From NCBI GenBank assembly GCA_036679605.1, contig JAZDCZ010000291.1, forward strand, positions 26,168-90,167: a stretch of DNA of 64,000 nucleotides. The letters run 5' to 3'. The first letter of the stretch is position 1, and every line of letters begins with the position of its first letter. Under the pieces are notes generated by a model. That model saw only the letters and a program-made list of their open reading frames with translations, did no database searches and had not been told where the DNA came from. Shown here piece after piece: positions 51,980 through 60,618 of the stretch. Position numbers and translations under genes: made by a program. Source of the DNA: Gemmatimonadota bacterium (GTDB lineage: Bacteria; Gemmatimonadota; Gemmatimonadetes; Gemmatimonadales; GWC2-71-9).

Positions 51980-53308
51980 CTACGGAATCGAGTTGCCTTG
52001 AGCAAGCCGATACAACAACACTGCCGCCCGTTTGGTTTGAATGGGCAGCGTTCTCAAGTCGGCGGTTTCGTTCACCGTGTGGCCGTCGCGTCCCATCAAC
52101 CCGATGCCATCGATAGCCATGTCCACGAGACCGGCCGTGAACGACACATCGGCTGCGCCGGCTTTCCGGGGGTCCACGGCGCTCACGGGCCCGAATCCCA
52201 AGTCGCGACTGGCCCGATCGAACATGTCGAGCAAGCGCCGGTTCCCAGCGGTCGGCGCAAGCGGCGGGTAGCCGTCGTCAAACGTGATCTCGGCCGAGGT
52301 GTGCGGACGGTGTTGGCTCACGATCGCGCGCATGCGGGTTTTGGCGCTCTCGAGTTGATCGAGAGTGAGCGTGCGGATGTCGCCCGACACCACGGCAGAC
52401 TCGGCGATGACATTGGTCTTGCCGAATGCCGTGCCGCGGGCCTGGCCGGCACTGAATTCCGCAGCGGTGCCACCCACCACCAGGCCGGGGTTGAACGTGA
52501 GGTTGGGCTCGCCCGACAATTCTTCGTAGAAACTGTTTAGGATGCGAGCCGCCTCGTAGATCGCACCGGCGCCGATGTCCTCCCGAAAAACCTGCGACGA
52601 ATGGGCCGGCGTCCCCTTGGTCTCGAGCTGCCAATCCAAAGCACCGCGGCGCGCGATCACCGCGGTGCGTGGGTCTCCGTCGCCATCTTCAAACGCGATC
52701 GCGTGGTCGGCCGCACGGGCCGCATCTATGAGTGCCTTGCGCGCCAGATTCAAGGGCCTGCCTGACTTCTCTTCGTCGCCCGTCATCACCACCGTGATAT
52801 TCATCTGGTCGAGCAGTCCCGCGGCACGAAGGGCCTTCAACGCCTGAACCATGATCACGTCTCCGCCCTTCATGTCGATGATCCCCGGGCCCGTGGCCGT
52901 GGAGTCGTTCAACAGTTGGAAACGTTGGAACGGGCTGTCCGGCTCGAACACCGTGTCGAGATGTCCAATCAGTAGGAGCCGAGGACCGTTACCGGTGCCC
53001 GCGTGCTCCGCCACGAGATGCCCGGCTCGCTCGAATGATTCGCCGTCTATCCAGCGTGTGCTGAAACCGAGAGCGTCCAGTTCGGCGCTGAAAATGCGAC
53101 CCACCTCGCGGACGCCCGCCAGGTTCACGGTTCCGCTGTTGATGTTTACCACCCGTTCCAGTAGGGCGAGCGCTTCCTCGTTATGGTCATCGACGTAACG
53201 AGTCAGTTCACGCTCGGGTTCGGAAAGCGATTGCTGCGCCGCAAGCTGTGGGGGAACGCTGAGCCCAGCGATGGCCACGAGGGTTAGACACGACATGAGG
53301 TTGCGCAT
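51980..53308 (-). CDS. M20 family peptidase (glutamate carboxypeptidase-like), secreted
   Basis: GHLDTV, DMKGG, GDEE, AHSS, GHTVNE. Confidence 0.88.
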   Translation of the reverse strand: MRNLMSCLTLVAIAGLSVPPQLAAQQSLSEPERELTRYVDDHNEEALALLERVVNINSGTVNLAGVREVGRIFSAELDALGFSTRWIDGESFERAGHLVAEHAGTGNGPRLLLIGHLDTVFEPDSPFQRFQLLNDSTATGPGIIDMKGGDVIMVQALKALRAAGLLDQMNITVVMTGDEEKSGRPLNLARKALIDAARAADHAIAFEDGDGDPRTAVIARRGALDWQLETKGTPAHSSQVFREDIGAGAIYEAARILNSFYEELSGEPNLTFNPGLVVGGTAAEFSAGQARGTAFGKTNVIAESAVVSGDIRTLTLDQLESAKTRMRAIVSQHRPHTSAEITFDDGYPPLAPTAGNRRLLDMFDRASRDLGFGPVSAVDPRKAGAADVSFTAGLVDMAIDGIGLMGRDGHTVNETADLRTLPIQTKRAAVLLYRLAQGNSIP

Positions 53309-53399
53309 ACGTTATCACACCAATCGTCTTGGGATTATTCTGTGTTTACAAATTCTGAATTCAATTATGATATTGTAAGGCTCCGGAAAGATTATCAAG

Positions 53400-53478
53400 A
53401 GGATGCTTTGCTTGGCCGAGCCCGCCCTTCAGGGCGGGACTCCCCAAAACCTGCGTTGTGTTGCATCTTAGGCTTGCC
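53400..53478 (+). promoter_or_regulatory. Kinase-head promoter repeat: hairpin + TCCCCA-N17-CATCTT
   Basis: CCCGCCCT-TC-AGGGCGGG hairpin; -35 at 53441-53446, -10 at 53464-53469, ATG 9 nt later; no SD. Promoter function is inferred from spacing. Confidence 0.7.
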
Positions 53479-56160
53479 ATGACCGATCAATTGGAGCGCC
53501 TCACCGCCGCACTCGCGGACCACTACGTCATCGAGCGTCAACTCGGCGAAGGCGGTATGGCCACCGTCTACCTCGCGCACGACGTCAAACACGACCGCAA
53601 TGTCGCGGTCAAGGTCTTGCGACCGGAACTCTCAGCGATCCTGGGGGCTGAACGGTTCCTCAACGAAATCAAGGTCACCGCCAACCTGCAGCACCCCAAC
53701 ATCCTCCCGCTGTACGACTCGGGCGAAGCGGATTCGTTCCTCTATTACGTGATGCCCTATATCGAGGACGAGACTCTGCGGGCCAAGCTCAACCGGGAGA
53801 AGCAACTCAGCGTGGAGGAGACGCTGAAGATCACCGAGGCCGTAGCGGCGGCACTGAGTTTCGCGCACGAGCACGGTGTGGTGCACCGCGACATCAAACC
53901 CGAGAACATTCTGCTCCAAGCGGGGCAGGCACTCGTCGCGGACTTTGGGATCGCACTTGCTGTGAGTGCTGCGGGCGGAACGCGACTGACCGAAACCGGA
54001 TTGTCGCTCGGCACCCCGCATTACATGAGTCCCGAGCAGGCGACGGGTGATCGCGAGTTGGATGCGCGGAGTGACGTATACTCGTTGGCCACGGTGGTGT
54101 ACGAGATGTTGGTGGGCGAGCCGCCACACATCGGCAACTCGATGCAGGCTATCATTGCCAAGATTCTCTCGGACACGCCCGCACCGATCGCGCGGGTACG
54201 GGAGCTGGTGCCGGCCAATGTCGACCAGGCGGTGCAGCGGGCTCTGGCGAGGAGCCCCGCAGATCGGTTTGCCGGCGCAACGGAGTTTGCCGAGGCGCTG
54301 GCCAATCCGGCATTCACGCTGCCGACTACCCGGGCCGAGATAGCGGTTGATTCCCGGGCGAGCGGCTCGTGGAATCGCATGACGCTCGCGCTTGCTGTCC
54401 TTGCAGTACTCATGACCGTTGCCGCCCTGTGGGGATGGTTGCGACCGGCCCCGCCCAAGCAGGTGACACGCGTTTCGGTCCATTTCCCAGAGGACCAGGA
54501 CTTCGCCGGGTTCGGAACCTTCGACATTTCGCTAGACGGGTCGGTGACGGTGTACGAGGGCCCAGGTGAATCGGGGCTCAGTCAGCTTTGGGCAAGGCGG
54601 TGGGACGCGCTCGAGGCGTTTCCGATAGGTGGCACTCAAGGATCGGTGCTCCCAGCGATTTCTCCCGACGTCCAGGAAGTGGCGTTTTGGGCCGCGGGTT
54701 CCGTTCGCGTCGTCCCGCTCCAAGGAGGCGTATCCCGGACCATCGCGACCGACTCGGTGAGATGTTGTGTGCGCTGGAGTCCCGATGGTGCCTGGCTCTA
54801 CTTCAACAACCGCGCTTTGGGCCTGAGTCGGGTGCCCTCGGCCGGTGGCCCCATCGAGGTCGTAGCCCAAGTGGATAGCGCGGCGGGAGACGTCATCAAC
54901 TGGTGGATCGATGTGCTCCCGGGCGGAAAAGCTGCGGTCTATCAGGCCGGCGGCGGGTCTGGGCCGAGGCTCATGGCAGTGGATTTGGAATCGGGTGCTG
55001 TGAATGAGCTGTCTCCCGGTCGGTTCCCCCGCTACGGCTCGGGATATTTATTGTTCGTGACGCCCGAGGGGACCACCCTGATGGCCGCCCCGTTTGACAT
55101 CGGGAAGCTGGAGTTCACGGCTGCAGCCACCCCCTTGGCCGAACGGCTCCGGCCTCCCTCCCTAGGCTCGTACTATTTCGCCCTGTCTCAAGCGGGGAAG
55201 CTCATTTACGGGGTGGGCGAAGCGGCGGCGGCCAGCTACGAGGTTGTTTGGGTGACCAGGGAAGGACAAGTGACATCAATCGACCCGGACTGGACGTTTG
55301 ACCCGGGAGGCAACAACCGTGGCTTGGCCTTGTCGCCGGACGGTACGCGGCTGGCGGTATCGATGATCGATGACGGCAACCTGGATGTTTGGATCAAGCA
55401 GCTGCCACGTGGACCGGCATCCCGCCTGACCTTCGACCCGGCGCAGGACGTCCGCCCCCGGTGGACGCCGGAGGGTGATGCAGTGACGTTCGTGTCGGAG
55501 CGAGACGGCAATGCTGACGTTTTCACGAAACGCGCGTCGGGTACGGGTGGGGCAGAGTTGCTGTTAAACCACGAGCTATCGTTGTGGGAAGCCCTCTTTT
55601 CACCCGACGGCGAGTGGCTCGTCGCGCGAACGGGTGGTGCTCAAAACGCAACTGGTGGCAGGGATGTCTGGGGTATCCGGCCTGGAGTGGACACGGTGCC
55701 GGTGCCCCTGGTGGTCACCGATTTCGACGAGAAAGCGATCGCGCTTTCTCCCGATGGGCACTGGTTGGTGTACGAGTCAGACGAGACGGGGCGTGACGAG
55801 ATCTACGTGCGTCCCTTCCCCGAGACGGAGGGCGGGAAGTGGCCTGTATCGACTAGCGGCGGGGTCATGCCGGTCTGGGCGCACAGTGGGCGCGAACTCT
55901 TCTACGTGAACGCCGACGCCGAGATGGTGGCCGCCCAAATCCAACTGGCGTCGGACTTCGCGGTAACGGATCGAACCGTTCTTTTCACTATCCCCTCTGA
56001 CATTCTATTCAGGCAAGGCGAACAGTATTCCCTGTACGACGTGGCGTCCGACGACCGGAGGTTTGTGATGCTGCGGGCCGTCGATGTTCAAGACAGCGCA
56101 CCCGAACTCATCCTCGTCGAGAACTGGGTGGAGGAGTTGAAGGCTAAGGCCGGGAGATGA
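53479..56160 (+). CDS. Ser/Thr protein kinase K10 (kinase-TM-PD40 propeller)
   Basis: Motifs intact; more divergent kinase domain; ends WVEELKAKAGR*. Confidence 0.92.
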   Translation: MTDQLERLTAALADHYVIERQLGEGGMATVYLAHDVKHDRNVAVKVLRPELSAILGAERFLNEIKVTANLQHPNILPLYDSGEADSFLYYVMPYIEDETLRAKLNREKQLSVEETLKITEAVAAALSFAHEHGVVHRDIKPENILLQAGQALVADFGIALAVSAAGGTRLTETGLSLGTPHYMSPEQATGDRELDARSDVYSLATVVYEMLVGEPPHIGNSMQAIIAKILSDTPAPIARVRELVPANVDQAVQRALARSPADRFAGATEFAEALANPAFTLPTTRAEIAVDSRASGSWNRMTLALAVLAVLMTVAALWGWLRPAPPKQVTRVSVHFPEDQDFAGFGTFDISLDGSVTVYEGPGESGLSQLWARRWDALEAFPIGGTQGSVLPAISPDVQEVAFWAAGSVRVVPLQGGVSRTIATDSVRCCVRWSPDGAWLYFNNRALGLSRVPSAGGPIEVVAQVDSAAGDVINWWIDVLPGGKAAVYQAGGGSGPRLMAVDLESGAVNELSPGRFPRYGSGYLLFVTPEGTTLMAAPFDIGKLEFTAAATPLAERLRPPSLGSYYFALSQAGKLIYGVGEAAAASYEVVWVTREGQVTSIDPDWTFDPGGNNRGLALSPDGTRLAVSMIDDGNLDVWIKQLPRGPASRLTFDPAQDVRPRWTPEGDAVTFVSERDGNADVFTKRASGTGGAELLLNHELSLWEALFSPDGEWLVARTGGAQNATGGRDVWGIRPGVDTVPVPLVVTDFDEKAIALSPDGHWLVYESDETGRDEIYVRPFPETEGGKWPVSTSGGVMPVWAHSGRELFYVNADAEMVAAQIQLASDFAVTDRTVLFTIPSDILFRQGEQYSLYDVASDDRRFVMLRAVDVQDSAPELILVENWVEELKAKAGR

Positions 56161-56173
56161 GGAATACCCTAAC

Positions 56174-57511
56174 ATGAACGATCATTCACTGCGTATCTAC
56201 GACTCGATCCTCGGTTTGCTATCCAGCGTCGAGAACCCCACGCCGCTGGTGCGTCTCAACCGGGTGGTCCCGTTCGAACACACGCAGGTGTATGCCAAAC
56301 TGGAATGGTATAACCCGTTCGGAGCGGTCAAGGACAGGGTCGCGTTCAACATGGTGCGTGACGCCGAGGAGCGCGGCGCGATAGCAGCGGGCCAAAAACT
56401 GGTGGAGCCCACTTCCGGCAACACCGGTCTCGGCCTCGCCATGATCGCCAATGCAAACGGTTACAGCCTGACCACTCCGTTGTCCGACCAGATTCCACAG
56501 GAGAAGCGCACCATGTTGCGTTTCTTCGGCACCGACGTAATAGAATTGGCGGACACGCTGTGCCCTGCGCCGGGTGCTCCGGAAGGTGCCATTGCAAAGG
56601 CGCAGGAGATCGCCGAGCAGCCCGGCTTCCACATGCTGAACCAGTACGGCAACGATGCCAACCCGGAGGCGCACTACAAGACCACCGGACCGGAGATCTG
56701 GCGTCAAACAGACGGCAAGGTGACTCACTTCGTGGCGGGTCTAGGAACGTGCGGTACGATCACCGGGGTGGGCCGGTTCTTGAAGGAACAAAACTCCGAA
56801 GTGCAGGTACTGGGCGTTCACCCAGCCGAAGGGCACGATATCCCGGGTGTTCGGAGCATTCGGCAGCTGCAGCAGACGCGGTTTTTCCATCCCGAGAAGT
56901 ACGATGGGTTAGTAGAGATCCAGAACCAGGAGGCGTTCGAACTGAGCCAGCGGTTGAACCGGGAAGAAAGCATCACAGCGGGACCAAGCTCCGCGATGGC
57001 TCTCGCGGGTGCGTTCAAGCTGATCGCCGACGAACCGGACAACCTGGTTGTGGTGATCTTCCCCGACAGCGCATTCAAGTACGCCTCTTCGGTCGTCAAG
57101 CATCTTCCCGGACTCGGTTCGGCGCCGGCGAGTGCGAAGAGCAAATGGGAAGAGTTGCTCGACGAGATGATCGAGAACGCCAGGATCAATCCTGACCTGA
57201 CGCTAGACGCCGAGGCGGCCCACGAGCTGTGGGAAAAGCACGCACCGCTCGTGATAGATGTGCGGGACAACTCAGAATACAGCGTAACGCATATTCCCGG
57301 CGCCATCAACGCTCCGCTTCTCGAGATGGCCGAGCATCTAGCCGAACTTCCTGAAGATCGCGACACAGCGATCCTCACCGTGTGTCAGCGGGGCAACATG
57401 TCGTTGCCCGGCGTCCTGTTCCTGCACAGTCTGGGCTACGGATGCGCGCGAAGCGTTACCGGCGGGATAAACGCTTGGCAGGAGATGGGCTTCGCCACCG
57501 AGTCGTCATGA
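56174..57511 (+). CDS. Cysteine synthase-family PLP enzyme fused to a C-terminal rhodanese
   Basis: KLEWYNPFGAVKDR, EPTSGNTG, GLGTCGT; then IDVR, HIPGA, CQRGNMS, GGINAW. Confidence 0.85.
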   Translation: MNDHSLRIYDSILGLLSSVENPTPLVRLNRVVPFEHTQVYAKLEWYNPFGAVKDRVAFNMVRDAEERGAIAAGQKLVEPTSGNTGLGLAMIANANGYSLTTPLSDQIPQEKRTMLRFFGTDVIELADTLCPAPGAPEGAIAKAQEIAEQPGFHMLNQYGNDANPEAHYKTTGPEIWRQTDGKVTHFVAGLGTCGTITGVGRFLKEQNSEVQVLGVHPAEGHDIPGVRSIRQLQQTRFFHPEKYDGLVEIQNQEAFELSQRLNREESITAGPSSAMALAGAFKLIADEPDNLVVVIFPDSAFKYASSVVKHLPGLGSAPASAKSKWEELLDEMIENARINPDLTLDAEAAHELWEKHAPLVIDVRDNSEYSVTHIPGAINAPLLEMAEHLAELPEDRDTAILTVCQRGNMSLPGVLFLHSLGYGCARSVTGGINAWQEMGFATESS

Positions 57512-57569
57512 ACCGAGAGACAGATCTCAGCAGTTAGTCGTCATCACATCTCAATCTGTTGGAGGATGG

Positions 57570-59099
57570 ATGAAAAAATTTTTCGTTCTCGCGCTTTTCG
57601 CACTGACCGTTATCGTGCCGGTCGAAATCGTAGCACAGGAGAAGAAGGCGGAGGCCGCGCCTGAACCAGTCGCTTCACGCTGGGAAAGCCATCACTCGAT
57701 TGTGGTGGCCGGTGAGACCGTCGAATACGACGCGGTGGTGGGGAGCATCATCCTGCGTGACAGCAGCGAGAAGGCGTCGGCGGAGCTTTTCTACACCGCG
57801 TATTTCCGCACCGGCGTCAAAGACCGGTCCACTCGGCCGATCATCTTTTCGTACAATGGTGGGCCGGGCTCTGCCTCGTTTTGGCTGCACATGGGAGTAA
57901 TGGGCCCGCGCCGAGTGGTGACGCCCAACGTCGGCCAACAATCACCGCCCCCGTATCCTCTGGTGGACAACGAATACACGCTGCTCGACAACGCCGACAT
58001 CGTGATGATCGATCCGGTCGGTACCGGGTTCAGTCGTCCAGCCGGCGAGGCCGAGGGGAAGGATTTCTGGGGGCTCGACGAGGACGCGCGCTCGCTGACA
58101 CAGTTCATCCGCCGGTTTCTCAGTGAAAACGAACGCTGGAACTCGCCGCGCTATCTACTCGGTGAGAGCTACGGCACTACACGCTCGGCAGTGCTGTCGC
58201 GACACTTGCAGGGCGCAAACATCGATCTCAACGGAATCGTGCTGGTGTCCGCGGTCCTCGACTTCAACACGATTCTGTTCCCACCGGGCGCGGATCTGCC
58301 GTACATCGTCAACGTGCCGTCCTTCGCCGTCGTCGCGGCTTATCTCGACGCTCTGCCCGGCGGGAGGCCGGCAAATCTCGAAGAGTTCATGAAAGAGGTC
58401 GAGCATTGGGCGCTTACGGACTACGCAACCACATTGCTTGCAGGTGGGACAGTCGACGCCGGACAGCGGCAGCGGGTGCTCGAGCAGATGCACCGCTACA
58501 CGGGTCTCAGTCCTGATTTTCTGGACAAGGCCGACCTACGGGTATCGGCTCCCGAATTCGAGAAGGAGTTACTGCGTGACCGGGGGCTCGTCGTCGGACG
58601 GCTCGATGCCCGGTTCACCGGCCCGACAGGTGACCTGCTTCGGACGACGCCGAATCACGATCCTCAATCGACGGCGATAAGTTCCGCGTACACTTCCGTG
58701 TTCAACACATACGTTCGGCAAGAGTTGGGTTACGACGGAGATCGTGAGTACGTGCCGAGTGGAATGGCCAGGAATTGGAAGTGGGCCCGTGGCAACAACA
58801 TCGGCTTCGGTCTCTCGGGCATCCCCAACGTGGCGCCCGATTTGGCCACCGCGATCCAACGAAATCCCAAATTGGAAGTGCTGCTGGTCAGCGGAATCTA
58901 CGATCTCGCGACGCCGTATTTCGCTGCCGTCTGGACGATGGACCACATGGGACTGCCGGCAGATCTACGCGATAACATTCAGCGCGCGGACTTCGCGGCA
59001 GGGCACATGATGTATGTCGAGCAGAGCCTCCTGCCGCAGTGGAAGCGGACGTTGGACGCGTTCATCGAGCGTACGTCGCGGCCGGCGTTGATTCCTTAG
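57570..59099 (+). CDS. S10 family serine carboxypeptidase, secreted
   Basis: NGGPGS, DPVGTGFS, GESYG, AGHMMY. Confidence 0.9.
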   Translation: MKKFFVLALFALTVIVPVEIVAQEKKAEAAPEPVASRWESHHSIVVAGETVEYDAVVGSIILRDSSEKASAELFYTAYFRTGVKDRSTRPIIFSYNGGPGSASFWLHMGVMGPRRVVTPNVGQQSPPPYPLVDNEYTLLDNADIVMIDPVGTGFSRPAGEAEGKDFWGLDEDARSLTQFIRRFLSENERWNSPRYLLGESYGTTRSAVLSRHLQGANIDLNGIVLVSAVLDFNTILFPPGADLPYIVNVPSFAVVAAYLDALPGGRPANLEEFMKEVEHWALTDYATTLLAGGTVDAGQRQRVLEQMHRYTGLSPDFLDKADLRVSAPEFEKELLRDRGLVVGRLDARFTGPTGDLLRTTPNHDPQSTAISSAYTSVFNTYVRQELGYDGDREYVPSGMARNWKWARGNNIGFGLSGIPNVAPDLATAIQRNPKLEVLLVSGIYDLATPYFAAVWTMDHMGLPADLRDNIQRADFAAGHMMYVEQSLLPQWKRTLDAFIERTSRPALIP

Positions 59100-59278
59100 G
59101 GAATGACAAATGACCAATGTCCAATGATCAATATCCAGTACTAATGATGTGAGTGCAGCAGCGTTGGACATTCTGCCTTGGATATTCTGCGGTTCTCATG
59201 ACCGAAATCACTTCCCAGGCACGCGGAGCACCGGACTACTTGACCAGTCTGACTAGTCCGTTTACCTTGGCCAGATGA
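59099..59278 (+). repeat. Tail remnant + heptamer spacer (copy 4) + orphan head at 59198
   Basis: GGGAATGA, heptamer repeats, then ATGACCGAAATCACTTCC. That frame ends at TGA 59276-59278, overlapping the antitoxin ATG. Confidence 0.82.
59232..59274 (+). promoter_or_regulatory. Putative leaderless sigma70 promoter with operator palindrome for vapBC
   Basis: TTGACC (59240) - 17 nt - TACCTT (59263) - 6 nt - ATG. Inverted arms CGGACTA/TAGTCCG flank the -35 box. Confidence 0.65.
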
Positions 59279-59547
59279 GAGATACCTATTCCCTCTATGA
59301 GGCCAAGGCCAAGCTGTCGGCCATCGTCCGTCAGGTCCGAGAGGGACGGCCGGTGGTGATCACTGTCCATGGTGAACCCGCCGTTGAGATCCGGCCGGTT
59401 GAGAAGACAGAAGACGGACTCGAGGCGCGGCTGGCGAGACTAGAGGAGCGCGGCGTTCTGCTTAGGCGCGATCCCGCCGCCGCGAGGCTCGCATCCGTCG
59501 CGAAGCGGCCCGGCGCGCTCGCGAGGTTCCTGGCGGAACGGGACTAA
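59275..59547 (+). CDS. Phd/YefM-family antitoxin
   Basis: YSLYEAKAKLSAIVRQV..G.PVVITVHGEPAVEIRP; stop overlaps the toxin start (TAATG). Confidence 0.85.
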   Translation: MRDTYSLYEAKAKLSAIVRQVREGRPVVITVHGEPAVEIRPVEKTEDGLEARLARLEERGVLLRRDPAAARLASVAKRPGALARFLAERD

Positions 59548-59927
59548 TGCGTGTCGCGTACGTCGACACGTCGTGTCTTGCTTCGATCGTGTTCCGTGAG
59601 CCAGAAGCCTCCGCAGTCAAGCGAAGACTCGAGCGGTTCGATGATCTCTTCTCCTCTAACCTGCTCGAGGCCGAGCTGCGCGCCGCTTGTTTGCGAGAAG
59701 GAGTGGAAAGCGACCCAGTGATTCTGTCTGCGGTCTCGTGGGTCATCCCCGAAAGGCCATTGAGCGCAGAGATCACTCGTGTGCTGGAGGCGGGGTACGT
59801 GCGCGGAGCCGACTGCTGGCACCTGGCCACTGCGCTCCTCCTGGTTGGTGAGCCCGCCGAGATCTCTTTCCTGACGCTCGATGAGCGGCAAGCGCAGGTG
59901 GCCCGAACGCTGGGGTTCCGCAAGTGA
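59547..59927 (+). CDS. vapC: PIN-domain (VapC-like) toxin
   Basis: AYVDTS, LLEAE, RGADCWHLATA, FLTLDERQ. Confidence 0.85.
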   Translation: MRVAYVDTSCLASIVFREPEASAVKRRLERFDDLFSSNLLEAELRAACLREGVESDPVILSAVSWVIPERPLSAEITRVLEAGYVRGADCWHLATALLLVGEPAEISFLTLDERQAQVARTLGFRK

Positions 59928-59930
59928 CGC

Positions 59931-60143
59931 GAGGGAACGTCCAATGTCCAATAATCAATGCCCAAGAACCAAGGATCCGTCAGCCTTGGACATTGGACGT
60001 TCTGCATTGGATATTCTGCGGTTGAGATGACTGAAATCACGGGACGCCTGAACTCCGCCCTCACCGGCCGCTATAAGATCGAACGCCGTCTTGGTGAAGG
60101 TGGCGCGAACCGCAAGGTTTCTCAGAATGGCTGCAGGGTGTGA
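59931..60143 (+). repeat. Tail remnant + heptamer spacer (copy 5) + orphan head (60027-60104)
   Basis: GAGGGAA, heptamers, then MTEITGRLNSALTGRYKIERRLGEGG followed by unrelated sequence and a stop at 60143. Confidence 0.85.
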
Positions 60144-60273
60144 TTGGTAGGAAAACGACAGCCGGAGACCAAATGACCTCCGGCTGTCAGGCGCAGCGAA
60201 CTGGCTACGCGAATTCGCACCCCGTACTTTATACTAATCAAGCGCTAGGAGCCAAGTCAATGACGGCGGTGGG

Positions 60274-60357
60274 TGCTGGCGGTCGGAGTCGAACCGACAA
60301 GGGCCGAAGCCCGACGGGGTGCGAACCCGTTGCGTTTACCAGTTTCACCACGCCAGC
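60274..60357 (-). tRNA. Class II (Leu-type body) tRNA with anticodon CGC (reads Ala codon GCG)
   Basis: GCTGGCG TG GTG AAACTGGTAAA CGC A ACGGG-TTCGCAC-CCCGT C GGGC-TTCG-GCCC TT GTCGG-TTCGACT-CCGAC CGCCAGC A. All stems pair. Confidence 0.85.
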
Positions 60358-60554
60358 ACCCGATCTCGGTAGCAACCTCTGGTAACCCGAAGGCAAGACG
60401 CACGGAGTCACACTCGTTCCGAACTGTTCTGTAGAGGATAACGACAATCTTGGAGAGTTCATCATCACTTCGACGCGTGAAGTGACACGTTTTTGCGAGT
60501 GCTTCCCTTCGAGAAGGCAGCTTTGTGGTTTTTTTCGGGACACGTCCCACAGTA

Positions 60555-60618
60555 GCCGAGCCCGCCCTTCAGGGCGGGACTCCCCAAAACCTGCGTTGCG
60601 TTGCATCTTAGTCCCGCC
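60555..60618 (+). promoter_or_regulatory. Kinase-head promoter repeat
   Basis: Nearly identical to 53415-53471; TCCCCA (60581) - N17 - CATCTT (60604). Confidence 0.7.

Noticed and set aside
22764..54483. Long antisense ORFs over kinase genes (e.g. 22764-23402, 25987-27048, 44019-45002, 53632-54483)
   Set aside because: Shadow frames of GC-rich coding DNA; they recur only because the kinase sequence recurs.
60270..60361. tRNA-Sec (selC) assignment for the unusual tRNA
   Set aside because: The anticodon is not TCA, the D-arm is Leu-like rather than the long Sec D-stem, and no sel genes are in the window.
4458..60618. ORF-track N-terminal extensions of kinases (4458, 35391, 41061, 53458, 60601)
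   Set aside because: They translate tail, spacer or promoter DNA. Paralog alignment places the starts at the MTEIT-type codons.
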